A stretch of DNA of 64,000 nucleotides from Eledone cirrhosa (lineage: Eukaryota): contig OZ024753.1 in the NCBI GenBank assembly GCA_964016885.1, positions 39,742,001 through 39,806,000 on the forward strand, read 5' to 3'. Made by a program: the position numbers and the translations under genes. Position 1 is the stretch's first letter, and each line of letters begins with the position of its first letter. Shown here in pieces: positions 13,747 to 28,427 of the stretch. The notes under the pieces were generated by a model. It saw nothing but the letters and a program-made list of their open reading frames with translations, had not been told where the DNA came from and did no database searches.

Positions 13747-14476
13747 CTTAAGGAATAGAAAAAAGAAACACATATGTATATATATATCTGAGTTGGTTTT
13801 CTCGTTGCTTTGGTTCATGTGACTGGGTCAACGGTCGCAGCCTTCAATTTGTCAAGCTTTCTAACTTTATCGAGTGCTTGGCTGCACATTCCTGATTGTA
13901 TATCGTGAGCTTGGCCACAGCCAAAACTTCGATTTTACTAAACTTCCATTTGTATATATATATATATATATATATATAGTTAAAAGAATAGAGGTGTAAC
14001 ACACAAGTTATTATATATTGGTAAACGGAATAGAAAATGCTGACAAATTGTTCACAGTTGAAAAATGGTTTAATTAGGAATAAAAGAGTATTAGTGATTG
14101 TATGGGTTAGTATTCAGTTGTGGTTTTAAGTTTTTGAACGTTACTGCGGGGTTTTACACCCCATGGATAGAACAACCCTCAACACCAAGAGCATGTTTTG
14201 AAGATGATCCCGTCTTCCCTCTGTTTGTATTTCTCAACCTTCAGGTTTATATACAGAGAAAGCCCATTCACTAGGGGCATTTTCGCCACATTGACCCACC
14301 TTTCAGCGAATTTCTCCACTCTCACCTTCCTTCTGAAACAACTGAATACTAACCCATACAATCACTAATACTCTTTTATTCCTAATTAAACCATTTTTCA
14401 ACTGTGAACAATTTGTCAGCATTTTCTATTCCGTTTACCAATATATAATAACTTGTGTGTTACACCTCTATTCTTT

Positions 14477-14514
<38 letters not shown>

Positions 14515-15275
14515 TATGTACACGTACATACATATATGTATACCGACGTACAGTAGTATGTATATATATATATATATACATACATGCACACATATATATA
14601 TGCACGTATTGTTTCATTTTTTCCGTTTATATATATATATATATATAAATGTAAGTCCAAAGAATCTTAAGATAAACTATATACAGTATTTCCTCTCCCA
14701 ATCAGTATAAATCATTGAACCACACCGTGAATGGTTGCCAAACTCATGTATCTGTGACTATGTCTAATTATATATATATACCCTTTGAATTTTATTTCGT
14801 TGCATTACCATCTTTGTTTGTTTACTGTTTCGCTCGCTCCCCCTATTTACGTGTCCCAACGACTTTCTTTAGCCGTTGCTCGCACTAACCGTAGGTATAT
14901 GGTCTTTAAAGTGATGAAATACCAATGAAGGCTGGAAGATCACCGATGAAGGACTAAATTTATTCATATGTAACCCATTTGCAACCACGCAGCACGCCAT
15001 GTTTTCATATTTTTCATATATATATATATATACTAGAAATAGATTGACATATATATAAAATAAACATGGAACAATCATAGGGAATAATTTGGAAAGTGTG
15101 TAAGCACACATAGCTAGGTAGGTAACCAATTAAAGTTTAACTAGAACTTCAAATATAGATACCTTTTAAAATGATTAATCTCCTTTGTATATATTTCTTT
15201 AAATAAAAAAATATATTTCTCCAATTAATCAGTAAATCACAGTAGTCAAATCCTGGATGGTCACCAAAGGAGAAG

Positions 15276-15332
<57 letters not shown>

Positions 15333-15594
15333 ACTTAGTTTAATCAGGACTGACTGTGGACCAAACATAGTTATAATGATAGTGGAGTGGGGAAGGGGAT
15401 GAATAAAAAGAATAAAAAGGAAGGAGGAGGTATAGCTGATTCAGGACAGACTATGGACAACTACAACCACAACAACAACAATAACTAATGAGACAAATGA
15501 CATTTTAATTTACGTAAGTGTCTCAGTAATTAGAGGGGACTAGAAAATGTCAATATTTCATCGTTGACATTTTATAATCAGTGGTATTCATTAA

Positions 15595-16165
15595 TGAGTT
15601 GTAGTAGGTGTTGTGGTAGTTGTTGGTGGTGTTGTAGTTGTTGTTGTTGGTGGTGGTGTTGTAGTTGTTTTTGTTGTGGTAGTTGTTGTGGTTGTTGTTG
15701 GTGGTGTTGTAGTCGTTGTTGTGGTAGTTGTTGGTGGTGTTGTAGTTGTTGTTGTTGTGGTAGTTGTTGGTGTTGTTGTGGTAGTTGTTGTTGTTGGTGG
15801 TGTTGTGGTAGTTGTTGGTGGTGTTGTTGTTGGTGTTGTTGTTGTGGTAGTTGTTGGTGGTGTTGTAGTTGTTATGATTATTGTTGTCGTTGTAGTAATT
15901 GTTGTAGTAGGTGTTGTGGTTGCTGTTGTAGTAAGTGTTGTTGTAGTTGTAGTTGTTGCTGTAGTTGTGGTTCCTGTTGTAGTAGGTGTTGTTGTAGAAG
16001 TAGGTGTAGTAGTTGTAGTTGTCGTTGTAGTCGTTGCCGTTGCTGTGGTTGTAGTTGTGGTTGTTGTAGTAGCAGGTGTTGTTGTGGAAGTTGTAGTTGT
16101 AGTAGTTGTTGTAGTTGTTGTTGTAGCAGGTGTTGTAGTTGTGCTGGCTGTTGTTGTTGTGGTTG
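15595..16165. repeat. (GTT/GTA/GGT)n compound trinucleotide repeat
   Basis: Direct inspection. Confidence 0.9.
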
Positions 16166-16614
16166 TCCCAGGTGGGTTTGTGCGGAGTGAATTTGTTCGC
16201 AAATTAAGTTCACTTAAAGTTTGTTGATCGACCTACCAAAAACAGTAGTCAAACTTTTCTCGAATCTTTATTTTGTACACACATATACACACGCAACACA
16301 TACACACATATACAACATGGATATATTTCTAAAAAAAAAAAAAAAAAAAGAGAGAGAGAGAAGTAGCTTTGATGAATGTTGCTTGAAATGCAAGGAATTC
16401 TTCAAGAAATTTACAAAAGTTGACCTAATCGCAAATACGACAACAGCTATTTAAACTTTTGTTTTTCTTGGAATGAAAACGAAAACCAGCCTTCGCCTCT
16501 ATGTTTGGTATGTGGATATAGCATGACAAAGAAAGCAATGTTTTCTAGCATGTTATATAGACATTTCAAAACTAAACACTCCACACTCTTAGCTTCAAGG
16601 AAAAGATTCAAAAA

Positions 16615-16653
<39 letters not shown>

Positions 16654-17534
16654 CTTTCAATCCTACTGACTGAACTGACAAATATTTTTAAAAGCATAAC
16701 AACAGTTTCTGAAAAGTCTCAAATTGTTTCTAATGAAATACCTGAAATGGTTGCACAAAAATGAAAACTAATACTTTGGAAGAATCATTTATTATGCCTG
16801 CATATAGACAGATTTTTAAGACAATGGTAGGGGAATTAAGTAGAATTCTTCTCTTAAAAGATAGTTCGCAGATGTATTTTGTAATTGCCGACTGACCTCG
16901 AGGGCGGCGAATTGACAGATTCGTAAGTAAGTCGAATAGAATACTTTGTGGTATTCGTTACAGCTCACTACTATCTCTGAGTTCAAATCCCGCTAAAGTT
17001 ATTTTTACCTTTCATCCTTTCGAGTTCAATAAAAATGTATCAGTCCAATTTCTAGGGCCGATTCTTCCTCTATATCTCTCTCACACACACACATACACAC
17101 ACACACTCTTTCTCCTTCTTTGGAAGAATCCAGCTGTGTTTAGAAATGGAGAGGGATGGGGTCCACCAGGTTTAAAATGTCACTATGGCACCCTTCCAAG
17201 ACGGGGATAAATGAACCAAAACAGACAGATTTCCCTGTCGGACGGGGAAGGTTGACAGATCTGCATACTTCCAAGTCATACTCGATTGTGAGTGACGGCC
17301 GCAGTAGTATTAAGTTCACAAATGTCAATTTTCTAAACATGATTAGTTATGAGATATTACCAACAAAGCGCCGTTATTGGCAGCCGTTCATCTTTTTGAT
17401 GGAGATTAGAAAGTAAATAGTTTTTTCTCTTTATGAGACAAAGAAATGCCAAACTCTACAATAATTGAAGAAATCTTTCATTCCTTATAATAATTTCCGA
17501 TGTGCCTTTGAGTCTTTTTATATTTCATGAAATC

Positions 17535-19960
17535 TAGTTGGAATTGGTGGTGGTGGTGGTGGTGGTGGTGGTGATGATAGTAGTGGTAGTGTTGTTGTTG
17601 ATGGTGGTAAAGGCGGCGGTGGTGGCTTTATTGTTGTTGTTGGTGGTGGTGGTGGTCTTTTTGATGGTGGTCTTGTTGCGGCGGTGGTGGCGTTGTTGTT
17701 GTTGTTGGTGGTGGTGGTCTTTTTGATGGTGGTCTTGTTGCGGCGGTGGTGGCGTTGTTGTTGGTGGTGGTGGTCTTTTTGATGGTGGTCTTGTTGCGGC
17801 GGTGGTGGCGTTGTTGTTGTTGTTGTTGGTGGTGGTGGTAGTAGTGGTAGTGTTGTTGTTGATGGTGGTCTTGTTGATAAAGGCGGCGGTGGTGGCGTTG
17901 TTGTTGTTGTTGTTGTTGTTGTTGGTAGTGTTGTTGTTGATGGTGGTAAAGGCGGTGGTGGTGGCGTTATTGTTGTTGTTGTTGGTGGTGGTAGTGGTAG
18001 TGTTGTTGTTGATGGTGGTCTCGTTGATAAAGGCGGCGGTGGTGGCGTTGTTGTTGTTGTTGGTGGTGGTGGTGGTAGTATTGTTGATGGTGGTGGTGAT
18101 GGTGGTCTTGTTGATAAAGGCGGCGGTGGTGGTGGTGGTGGTATTGTTGATGGTGGTGGTGATGGTGGTCGTGATTGTGTTGACGGTGGTGGTAATGTTG
18201 GTGGTTGTGATAGTGGTGGCAGTGGGGTGCAGTGGTAGGAGAATAAACATGAATGTCTGTTTAACGCACATAATATATACAAACACATACGTACAAACAC
18301 ATACAACAGATATAACACATATAACACATACACACATATTACACATACAACACATATAACACATACACACATATTACACATACAACACATATAACACATA
18401 CACACATATTACACATACAACACATATAACACATACACACATATTACACATATAACACATACACACATATTACACATTACACATACACACATATTACACA
18501 TACAACACATACACACATACACACATAACACATACACACATATTACACATACAACACATATAACACATACACACATATTACACATACAACACATATAACA
18601 CATACACACATATTACACATACAACACATATAACACATACAACACATATTACACATACAACACATATAACACATATAACACATACACACATTACACATAT
18701 TACACATACAACACATACACACATATACAAACACACACATATTACACATACAACACATATAACACATACAACACATATTACACATACAACACATATAACA
18801 CATACACACACATACAACACATATAACACATACACACACATACAACACATATAACACATACACACATATAACACATACATACATATAACACATAACACAT
18901 ACAACACATATAACACATACACACATATTACACATACAACACATACACACATATTACACATACAACACATACACACATATAACACATACACACATATTAC
19001 ACATAACACATACAACACATATAACACATACAACACATACACACATACACACACATACACACATATTACACATATAACACATACACACATATAACACATA
19101 CACATATAACACATACACACATATTACACATATAACACATACACACATACAACACATATAACACATACACACATATAACACATACACACATATTACACAT
19201 AACACATACAACACATATAACACATACACACATATTACACATACACACATATTACATACACACATATACAAACACACACATATAACACATACACACATAT
19301 AACACATATAACACATACACACATATTACACATACAACACATATAACACATACACACTTATTACACATACAACACATATAACACATACACACATATAACA
19401 CATATAACACATACACATATTACACATACAACACATACACACATATACAAACACACACATATTACACATACAACACATATAACACATACACACATATTAC
19501 ACATACAACACATATTACACATACACACACATACACACATATTACACATACAACACATATAACACATACACACATATTACACATAACACATACAGACATA
19601 CAACACATATAACACATACACACATATTACACATAACACACACACATACAACACATATAACACATACACACATATAACACATACACACATATTACACATA
19701 ACACATACAACACATATAACACATACAACACATATTACACATACACACATATACAAACACACACATATTACACATACGCACATACAACACATATAACACA
19801 TACACACATATTACACATACACACATATACAAACACACACATATTACACATACAACACATATAACACATACACACATATTACACATACAACACATATAAC
19901 ACATACACACATATTACACACACATATCACACATACACACATATAACACATACACACGTA
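17535..19960. repeat. (GGT/GTT) minisatellite followed by ACACAT(A)-type satellite
   Basis: Direct inspection; switch near 18240-18290. Confidence 0.9.
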
Positions 19961-21164
19961 CACACAGAAATTAGGGCAACCATAACTTTCTGAAGTTGTA
20001 GTGAACGAATTACTCAATAAGTATAGACCCATCTTTACATGTTATACTACATAATCCTTTAGAAATGGGGAAAACTTTCGAATGAATTATTTTTAATGCA
20101 GTGAACATTAAACTGTTGAAGTAAAAAAATATAATAATATTTCAGGTTTATCTTTTAATGCTTTATGTATTATATTGAATAACACCTACTTACATCCTGT
20201 TTATTATGTGGATGAGGTGTCAATAATAATTGTTTCTACATTTGGCACAAAGCCAGCAATTGTCCCAGTACATTACTGGTACTTTATTTTATCGACCCCG
20301 TAAGGAGTAACGGCAAAGTTAACCTCGGTCGGATTTGAACTCAGACCGCAAAGGACCATAACTCAGGCAAAGGAATTGAACGCAGACTGTAAAGGGCCGC
20401 AACTCTATACTGAAAAGCATGGCGTCCGACCCTCTACCGCTACTGCCAATCCACTGCCGCCAGGTGTCATAATAATAATTGTTTCTACTGTTTGGCACAA
20501 GGCCAGTTATTACCCAGTACATTACTGGTACTTTATTTTATCGACCCCGTAAGGATGAAAGGCAAAGTTAACCTCGGCGAGATTTGAACACAGAATGGCA
20601 AGGGCCGTAACTCTATGCGTCAAAGCATGGTATCCGACACTCTACCGATACTGCCAAATAATAATGATTTCTATTATAGGCACAAGGTCAGTAATTTGGA
20701 GAGACGAGAAAGTCGATTAAATCGACTCCATTACGTTACTGGTACTTTATTTTATCGACTGCGTAAGGATGAACGGCAAAGTTAACCTCGGTGGCATTTG
20801 AACTCAGACCGCAAAGGACCGTAACTCTATGCTGTAAAACATGGTGTCCGACTCTCTAAGAAAATGAGAGGAAAAAATGAGTGCGTTTGTATCTGAGCAA
20901 CTTGCTCCAGGAGTATACTCTATGTTAGCACTCTGAGAATACTTCTTAGTGAGTGAGTATATGAAAGGAACTGAACAATAAAATCTTTATACTATCACCT
21001 CCGTATAGAAATATATATAAACTATGTAGAATATTTATAACCCGTAGCTACATTGCTGGTAAATATGTTTGTTAATCAGGTCCGTATCGTTGTAAATTGT
21101 TCAAATATTGTTTAGATTGATTTTCTTGGTGAAGATTAATAACAGTTTGAGTACTGTTGAACAA

Positions 21165-21219
<55 letters not shown>

Positions 21220-21386
21220 GTATCCATCTATTTATCTATCCATCCATCTATCTATCTATCTATTCATCCATCTATCTATCTATCCACCTATCTATCTATC
21301 CACCTATCTATCTATCCACCTATCTATCTATCCACCTATCTATCTATCCACCTATCTATCTATCTATCTATCTATCTACTCACCTA

Positions 21387-21630
21387 GGCAACTGTGGGAG
21401 GCGAAAATCATCTGGTTTGGATGGTATGCCTTATGAGTTTTATGTAACCATGCCAGACTTGTTCTCTGACGTCCTCGAAGTGATCTACTGCAACTGGCAG
21501 CAGAACGAGAGAATTCCCAGTTTTGTAAGCCGGGGTGTAGTAACACTGATCAGGAAAGATGAGACAACGGGGATACTATAAACAATTCTAGGCCCATAGT
21601 TTTGCTCAACTCAGAGTCGAAGATTTTGGC
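21387..21630 (+). mobile_element. L1/Tx1-type LINE RT fragment
   Basis: [13 protein letters not shown]...G VVTLIRK..., then [14 protein letters not shown] after a frameshift. Confidence 0.8.
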
Positions 21631-21664
21631 GTATTATTATGGTTGATTCCAAAATGATAGATAC

Positions 21665-21761
21665 CTTGTAGGAAGAACTCTTCACATATTTTTTCACTCC
21701 ACTGTTTACTGGTTGGCCATATACGGCACGGATTACTGATATCAGCACATTTCATGGCGAT
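21665..21761 (-). CDS. PDE7: PDE7-like exon ([32 protein letters not shown])
   Basis: [17 protein letters not shown]...EEFF.QG, PDE7-type; canonical splice sites. Confidence 0.95.
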
Positions 21762-21829
21762 CTGTCATAAACATTAGAAATACTATTAGTGATGTAGTGT
21801 CACATAAAAATAAAGTAGATCGTATGTTT

Positions 21830-22860
21830 GTATAGATAAAAAGAGAGAGAAAGCTTGAGAGATGCAGTGTGGGAGAGAGGTTAAGGCGTCTATATAGATA
21901 AAGAGAGAGAGAGAGTGCTTGAGAGATGTAGTGTGGGAGAGAGTTTGGGGGAGAGAGGTTGAGGCGTCTGTATAGATAAAGAGAGAGAGAGAAAGAGAGG
22001 GAAGGAAAGCTTGAGAGATGTAGTGTGGGAGTGAGTTTGAGGCGTCTATATAGATAAACAGAGAGAGAGAGTGCTTGAGAGATGTAGTGTGGGAGAGAGT
22101 TTGAGGCGTCTATATAGATAAAAAGAGAGAGAGTGATGGAGAGATGCAGTATGGGAGAGAGTTTGAGGCGTCTATATAGATAAAAAGAGAGAGAGTGATT
22201 GAGAGATGTAGTGTGGGAGTGAGTTTGAGGCGTCTATATAGATAAAGAGAGAGAGAGAGTGCTTGAGAGATGTAGTGTGGGAGAGAGTTTGAGGCGTCTA
22301 TATAGATAAAAAGAGAGAGAGAGTGCTTGAGTGATGTAGTGTGGGAGAGAGTTTGAGGCGTCTATATAGATAAAAAGAGAGAGAGTGATTGAGAGATGTA
22401 GTGTGGGAGAGAGTTTGAGGCGTCTATATAGATAAAAAGAGAGAGAGTGATTGAGAGATGTAGTGTGGGAGTGAGTTTGAGGCGTCTATATAGATAAAAA
22501 GAGAGAGAGAGTGCTTGAGTGATGTAGTGTGGGAGAGAGTTTGAGGCGTCTATATAGATAAAAAGAGCGAGAGAGTGCTTGAGTGATGTAGTGTGGGAGA
22601 AAGTTTGAGGGAGAGAGGTTGAGGCGTCTGTATAGATAAAAAGAGAGAGAGTGCTTGAGTGATGTAGTGTGGGAGAAAGTTTGAGGGAGAGAGGTTGAGG
22701 CGTCTGTATAGATAAAAAGAGAGAGAGTGCTTGAGTGATGTAGTGTGGGAGAAAGTTTGAGGGAGAGAGGTTGAGGCGTCTGTATAGATAAAAAGAGAGA
22801 GAGTGCTTGAGAGATGTAGTGTGGGAGAGAGTTTGAGGGAGAGAGTTTGAGGCGTCTGTA
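21830..22860. repeat. ~60-70 bp minisatellite (TATAGATAAA-(GA)n-GTGCTTGAGAGATGTAGTGTGGGAGAGAGTTTGAGGCGTC)
   Basis: About 16 tandem units. Confidence 0.92.
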
Positions 22861-22955
22861 AAGAAGTGTGACTTAAACAAACAAGAGAGGTATTGTAAAC
22901 ATTTAAGGCTTGATTTAAAACCATAAAACAAAGACAAACATACATCGACTATTAA

Positions 22956-23715
22956 ATGACTATGATGACGATAATGATGGTGATGACGACAATGTTGGTG
23001 ATGATGGTGGTGGTGATGATGATGGTGGTGATGATGGTGATGGTAATGATGATGATGATGGTGATGATAATGATGATGATGATGCTGGTAATGATAATGA
23101 TGGTGATGGTGATGACGACAATGTTGGTGATGATGGTGGTGGTGATGATGATGGTGGTGATGATGGTGATGGTAATGATGATGGTGATGGTGATGATGAT
23201 GATGATGCTGGTAATGATAATGATGGTGATGGTGATGACGACAATGTTGGTGATGATGGTGGTGGTGATGATGATGGTGGTGATGATGGTGATGGTAATG
23301 ATGATGATGATGGTGATGATAATGATGATGATGATGCTGGTAATGATAATGATGGTGATGGTGATGACGACAATGTTGGTGATGATGGTGGTGGTGATGA
23401 TGATGGTGGTGATGATGGTGATGGTAATGATGATGATGATGGTGATGGTAATGATGATGATGATGCTGGTAATGATAATGATGGTGATGGTGATGACGAC
23501 AATGATGATGATGATGATGATGGTAATGATGATAATGATGACAATGATGACGACGACGATGATGATGATGATGCTCATGATGGTGCTGATGATGACGACG
23601 ACAATGATGATGATGATGATGATGATAATGATAATGATGATGATGGTAATGATGATGATAATGATGATGACAATGATGATGATGATGATGATGATATTAA
23701 CAATGATGGTAATGA
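22956..23715. repeat. (GAT/GGT)n repeat with ~120-130 bp higher-order unit
   Basis: Recurring GATGACGACAATGTTGGTG anchor. Confidence 0.9.
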
Positions 23716-23819
23716 TAGCAGTGATAAAGCAGTGATAACGACGACGATAAGGATGCTAATGAAGAAGATAATGAAGAGGAAGAAGAACATGATAATCGAA
23801 GATCAATAATATTACTTAC

Positions 23820-23885
23820 CTGCATTACAAAATGTCTGTGATTGGCATTGTTCTTGATCGTAAAGTTGGGATCATCTTGGTACTC
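23820..23885 (-). CDS. PDE7: PDE7-like exon (EYQDDPNFTIKNNANHRHFVMQ)
   Basis: HRHF..Q helix preceding KCAD; tcag| and |gtaagt; 66 nt phase 0/0. Confidence 0.88.
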
Positions 23886-24723
23886 CTGACAAATACACAT
23901 ACACATATATATATAGTTATACATACAAACATACATGGTGGCTGCCAACTCGTTTTCGAGTACGGCCACTACTTTATATCCATGTAGGAGAACCCCTACC
24001 GATGTGCTGAACGAGTGTGACTTTTTAGTCCAGCCAGCGACTTGAAAACTCTGGTACAAACACTACACTTGTGACCATTATTGACACATAGTGCTGGGCC
24101 CATGGTACCATGTGATGACAAGTGCAGAGAGATTTCCAGATATAAAGCAATGCCTGTGCCGTGAAGCTTTTATAGTGAGCAAAGGCACTGCACAAAGCCA
24201 GTCCCACTCTCTTAACCAAGATGATATTTACCAAAAAGAAGAACAAGTCAACATCATTGGATACCATCAGAGTTGCAGGTGTTATATCAGAGTTTTCTTT
24301 CTCCTAGAATTCTGCCTTGACAAAGACTAAGGGGTCATCTCTCCCGGTGATTTTGGATGGCCATTGACTCTTAAGAGCTTCTTTGCCCTTTGAAAGGTTT
24401 TGTTTTTAGTCCTGCAGGATGTCCAAAGTCACCCTCCAAACATACATACATACGTGCATACGCACACAAACACACATACATACATACATATAGGAAAAGT
24501 ATCAAGACCTCGTCGGCTGAGCTCCGGCCGTTTCGACAGCTGGATCCAAACGCGGTGCATTATGGTCCAACTAGTTTCTTACCACACTTTCTTTGCTATA
24601 TATATATATATATAGCAAATAAAGTGTATTATACATACAATTATACATATATACATACATATTTCTATCTCCCTTCCGCTTCATAATTTATTTTTATATA
24701 AATACATTTAGATAGAGGTTAAC

Positions 24724-24805
24724 CTTGAATTTCCGGATAAATTCTTGCTGCCTGGTTATATCTGTCGCCAGAATCAAAGATTTCAGCTGCCATTCAAGAA
24801 GACCC
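24724..24805 (-). CDS. PDE7: PDE7-like exon (GLLEWQLKSLILATDITRQQEFIRKFK)
   Basis: LILATDI.RQ motif; phases 2/0. Confidence 0.93.
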
Positions 24806-24820
24806 CTGAGTGGATAAAAC

Positions 24821-24856
<36 letters not shown>

Positions 24857-25220
24857 GTTTCATTTATTGGCCACAAGGGCCGACATATAGAGGACAATAC
24901 AAAAGACAGGGACAGTAGGGGTTAACATATACAACGTGTAAACAATATAAATAACAATAACTAAATAATAAAAATACAAGGAAAATTCCCCAATAGGGGG
25001 GAATAACCACCCAGGGTTCACTCAGGTACCCCACTAATCCTGAACCACACGACTCTTCGAGAGCACCCGGGAAGGGCACCCCTCTCTTCCTCAAATTCAC
25101 CCACCTACAGGCGCATGATCAGAGTAGGCCCATTCACACGGCCATTCTCGCCACATTCACCCCCACCTTTCAGCAAATGTACGGGGGGGGGGGGGGGAAG
25201 CACTTCCCTCTCACCTTCCT
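24857..25220 (-). mobile_element. Tx1-like LINE 3' end inserted at (TAA)n; related 3' pieces at 14145-14335, 61809-61885, 62434-62603
   Basis: Shared terminus GCCCTTGTGGC(C/A)AATAAA next to microsatellites; FAERW-VNVARM-like coding remnant. Confidence 0.6.
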
Positions 25221-25816
25221 AGAAGAAGGGAGTGTTGTGCAAGCTGAGAAAGCCGACCAATAAAGTCCCACATATCTAACGTAGTGAAGTGAAAATAACT
25301 TGCAGTTAGAAGGCAAACACTTTTTCTAGAAGTTGAACATTTTATATTAATATGTATATACTAAACACACACACACTCTCTCTCTCTCTCTCTCTCTGTA
25401 TATATATATTTTATTCGTTTGGACAAAGCCCGTTGATAAAGTATTCCCGTCCGCCGCTCTCTAGAAGTCTTATATATTTTTATGTGGGCTGATAGGGGGT
25501 GGATTAAGGAATTACAGAAACCCAAGAAGCTAGATTTACCATCTTTCTAGTGGGTCCGGGTAAGCTTTTTACATTCATATGATTTATTGATTTATTGATA
25601 TTTTATCTGAGTGACCCGAATCTTCCTGATCGTAATTTTTCGGTCGCATGGGTGATTTTAGACATAATCTTTGTGTGTTGGTATTTTAACGATAGTTATA
25701 GCTCTGATTTATCTGAATTATTGAGCCCCCTGCCACTCATGTCGAATTTGTTTATCGTAAACTCGTGAGCCGATTTTTCGATACTCGATTATTCTACTAT
25801 ATATATATATATATAT

Positions 25817-26040
25817 GCAAAAAGTAAGCAGAAACAACAAAATGAACGACGCAGTACAATGAAGAGATATATTAGTTTAACCCTTGATATTTTAGGAAAA
25901 GAGTCTTAACATTTCGGGCACCGGTCCTTTGTCAAAAGATAGAACGAGAAATAAAAGATGAAATAGAAAGATAGAGATTAAGAAGAGTAAGGAACTGGGA
26001 AAATGTCTTTTGAGAAAAAAAACACATAAATATTTAGTTA
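25817..26040 (-). mobile_element. Diverged family D element with decayed hammerhead (25904-25939)
   Basis: Alignable by eye to 52400-52590; core reads UCUU-UUGACAA-AGGAC..GCCC-GAAAUGUU-AAGA. Confidence 0.6.
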
Positions 26041-26439
26041 GCCATATTGGATATATATCTCTCTCTATATATATAATACATGGATGAATGGTTACTCCTT
26101 CATTACGTTATTGGTTGGTGACGTAATGAAGGAGTAACCATCCGTCCTTATATTATTATAATACACTGTCTAGCTCTACACCTCGCTACTGACGTGAACC
26201 TAAACGTCGAGTGCTTAGCCGGGTGAACCTACAGTAACTTCGCGTTACACTACATGCAAATATATACACGCATACGCACAGATATACATACACACACACA
26301 CATGTATATATATGTATATATATATATATATGTATATATATATACATATATATACATGTGTGTGTGTGTATGTATATCTGTGCGTATGCGTGTATATATT
26401 TGCATGTATGCACATACATTTACACAAGCATCGACACCA

Positions 26440-26477
<38 letters not shown>

Positions 26478-26717
26478 CATATATACACATACATATATAT
26501 ATAATACGGGATGTTTGTTTACAAACACACCGAGCATTATAATAAATGTTCGGTGAATCCATACGTACATATATATATATGTGTGTGCATGTATGTATAT
26601 ATATATATATACATACTACTGTACGTCTGTATACATATATGTATGTACGTATACATACTTATATTTAAGTAACAGCCGTACTAAGAGTGGGAAATGAAAT
26701 TTCGTTTCATTTTTTCC

Positions 26718-26759
<42 letters not shown>

Positions 26760-26890
26760 GTGTATATATATATACATGATATGAAGAAAAAAAACTAAAA
26801 TAATTCCACCAAATAACAAATAACGAAGTAAGGAAGACAAATATAATATCAAAATATGGGACACCCATAATGTGTTGGTTTCGTTTATGA

Positions 26891-26927
<37 letters not shown>

Positions 26928-26931
<4 letters not shown>

Positions 26932-28427
26932 TGTGTGGTTAAGTAACCCATTGATAGACAAGAGATGGTCCCTTGAGAATGGGGACTCAGTATACATATA
27001 TATAGACCTGTGTGGTTAAGTAATCCATTGATAGACAAGAGATGGTCCCTTCAGAATGGGGACTCAGTATACATATATATAGACCTGTGTGGTTAAGTAA
27101 GCCAGTGATAGACAAGAGATGGTCCCTTGAGAATGGGGACTCAGTATATATATAGACCTGTGTGGTTAAGTAAGCCATTGATAGACAAGAGATGGTCCCT
27201 TGAGAATGGGGACTCAGTATACATATATATAGACCTGTGTGGTTAAGTAATCCATTGATAGACAAGAGATGGTCCCTTCAGAATGGGGACTCAGTATACA
27301 TATATATAGACCTGTGTGGTTAAGTAAGCCAGTGATAGACAAGAGATGGTCCCTTGAGAATGGGGGACTCAGTATACATATATATAGACCTGTGTGGTTA
27401 AGTAAGCCATTGATAGACAAGAGATGGTCCCTTGAGAATGGGGACTCAGTATATATATAGACCTGTGTGGTTAAGTAAGCCATTGATAGACAAGAGATGG
27501 TCCCTTGAGAATGGGGACTCATTATACATATAGACCTGTGTGGTTAAGTAAGCCAGTGATAGACAAGAGATGATCCCTTGAGAATGGGGACTCAGAATAT
27601 ACATAGACCTGTGTGGTTAAGTAAGCCAGTGATAGACAAGAGATGGTCCCTTGAGAATAGGGACTCAGTATATATATAGACCTGTGTGGTTAAGTAAGCC
27701 AGTGATAGACAAGCGATGGTCCCTTGAGAATAGGGACTCAGTATATATATATATATAGAGAGACCTGTGTGGTTAAGTAAGCCATTGATAGACAAGCGAT
27801 GGTCCCTTCAGAATGGGGACTCAGTATACATATATATAGACCTGTGTGGTTAAGTAAGCCAGTGATAGACAAGAGATGATCCCTTGAGAATGGGGACTCA
27901 GAATATACATAGACCTGTGTGGTTAAGTAAGCCAGTGATAGACAAGAGATGGTCCCTTGAGAATAGGGACTCAGTATATATATAGACCTGTGTGGTTAAG
28001 TAAGCCAGTGATAGACAAGCGATGGTCCCTTGAGAATAGGGACTCAGTATATATATATATATATATAGACCTGTGTGGTTAAGTAAGCCAGTGATAGACA
28101 AGCGATGGTCCCTTCAGAATGGGGACTCAGTATACATATATATAGACCTGTGTGGTTAAGTAAGCCATTGATAGACAAGAGATGGTCCCTTGAGAACGGG
28201 GACTCAGTATATATATAGACCTGTGTGGTTAAGTAAGCCAGTGATAGACAAGAGATGGTCCCTTGAGAATAGGGACTCAGTATATATATAGACCTGTGTG
28301 GTTAAGTAAGCCAGTGATAGACAAGAGATGGTCCCTTGAGAATAGGGACTCAGTATATATATAGACCTGTGTGGTTAAGTAAGCCAGTGATAGACAAGAG
28401 ATGGTCCCTTGAGAATGGGGACTCAGT
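26928..28427. repeat. ~70-80 bp minisatellite, about 20 units, (TA)n linkers
   Basis: AGACCTGTGTGGTTAAGTAAGCCA.TGATAGACAAGAGATGGTCCCTTGAGAATGGGGACTCAG repeated. Confidence 0.95.

Noticed and set aside
15564-19960. Mucin-like, Cys-rich or Pro-rich ORFs
   Set aside because: Translations of simple repeats open in several frames inside a PDE7 intron; no splice or domain support
24091-24350. GIY-YIG C-terminus plus hammerhead variant (CTTGACAAAG)
   Set aside because: The opposite strand explains it better as an RTE LINE 3' end (C2H2 finger, fixed 3' end, repeat tail); no GAAA/stem III
26928-28427. CRISPR-like array
   Set aside because: Linkers are (TA)n rather than unique spacers; eukaryotic intron; no cas genes
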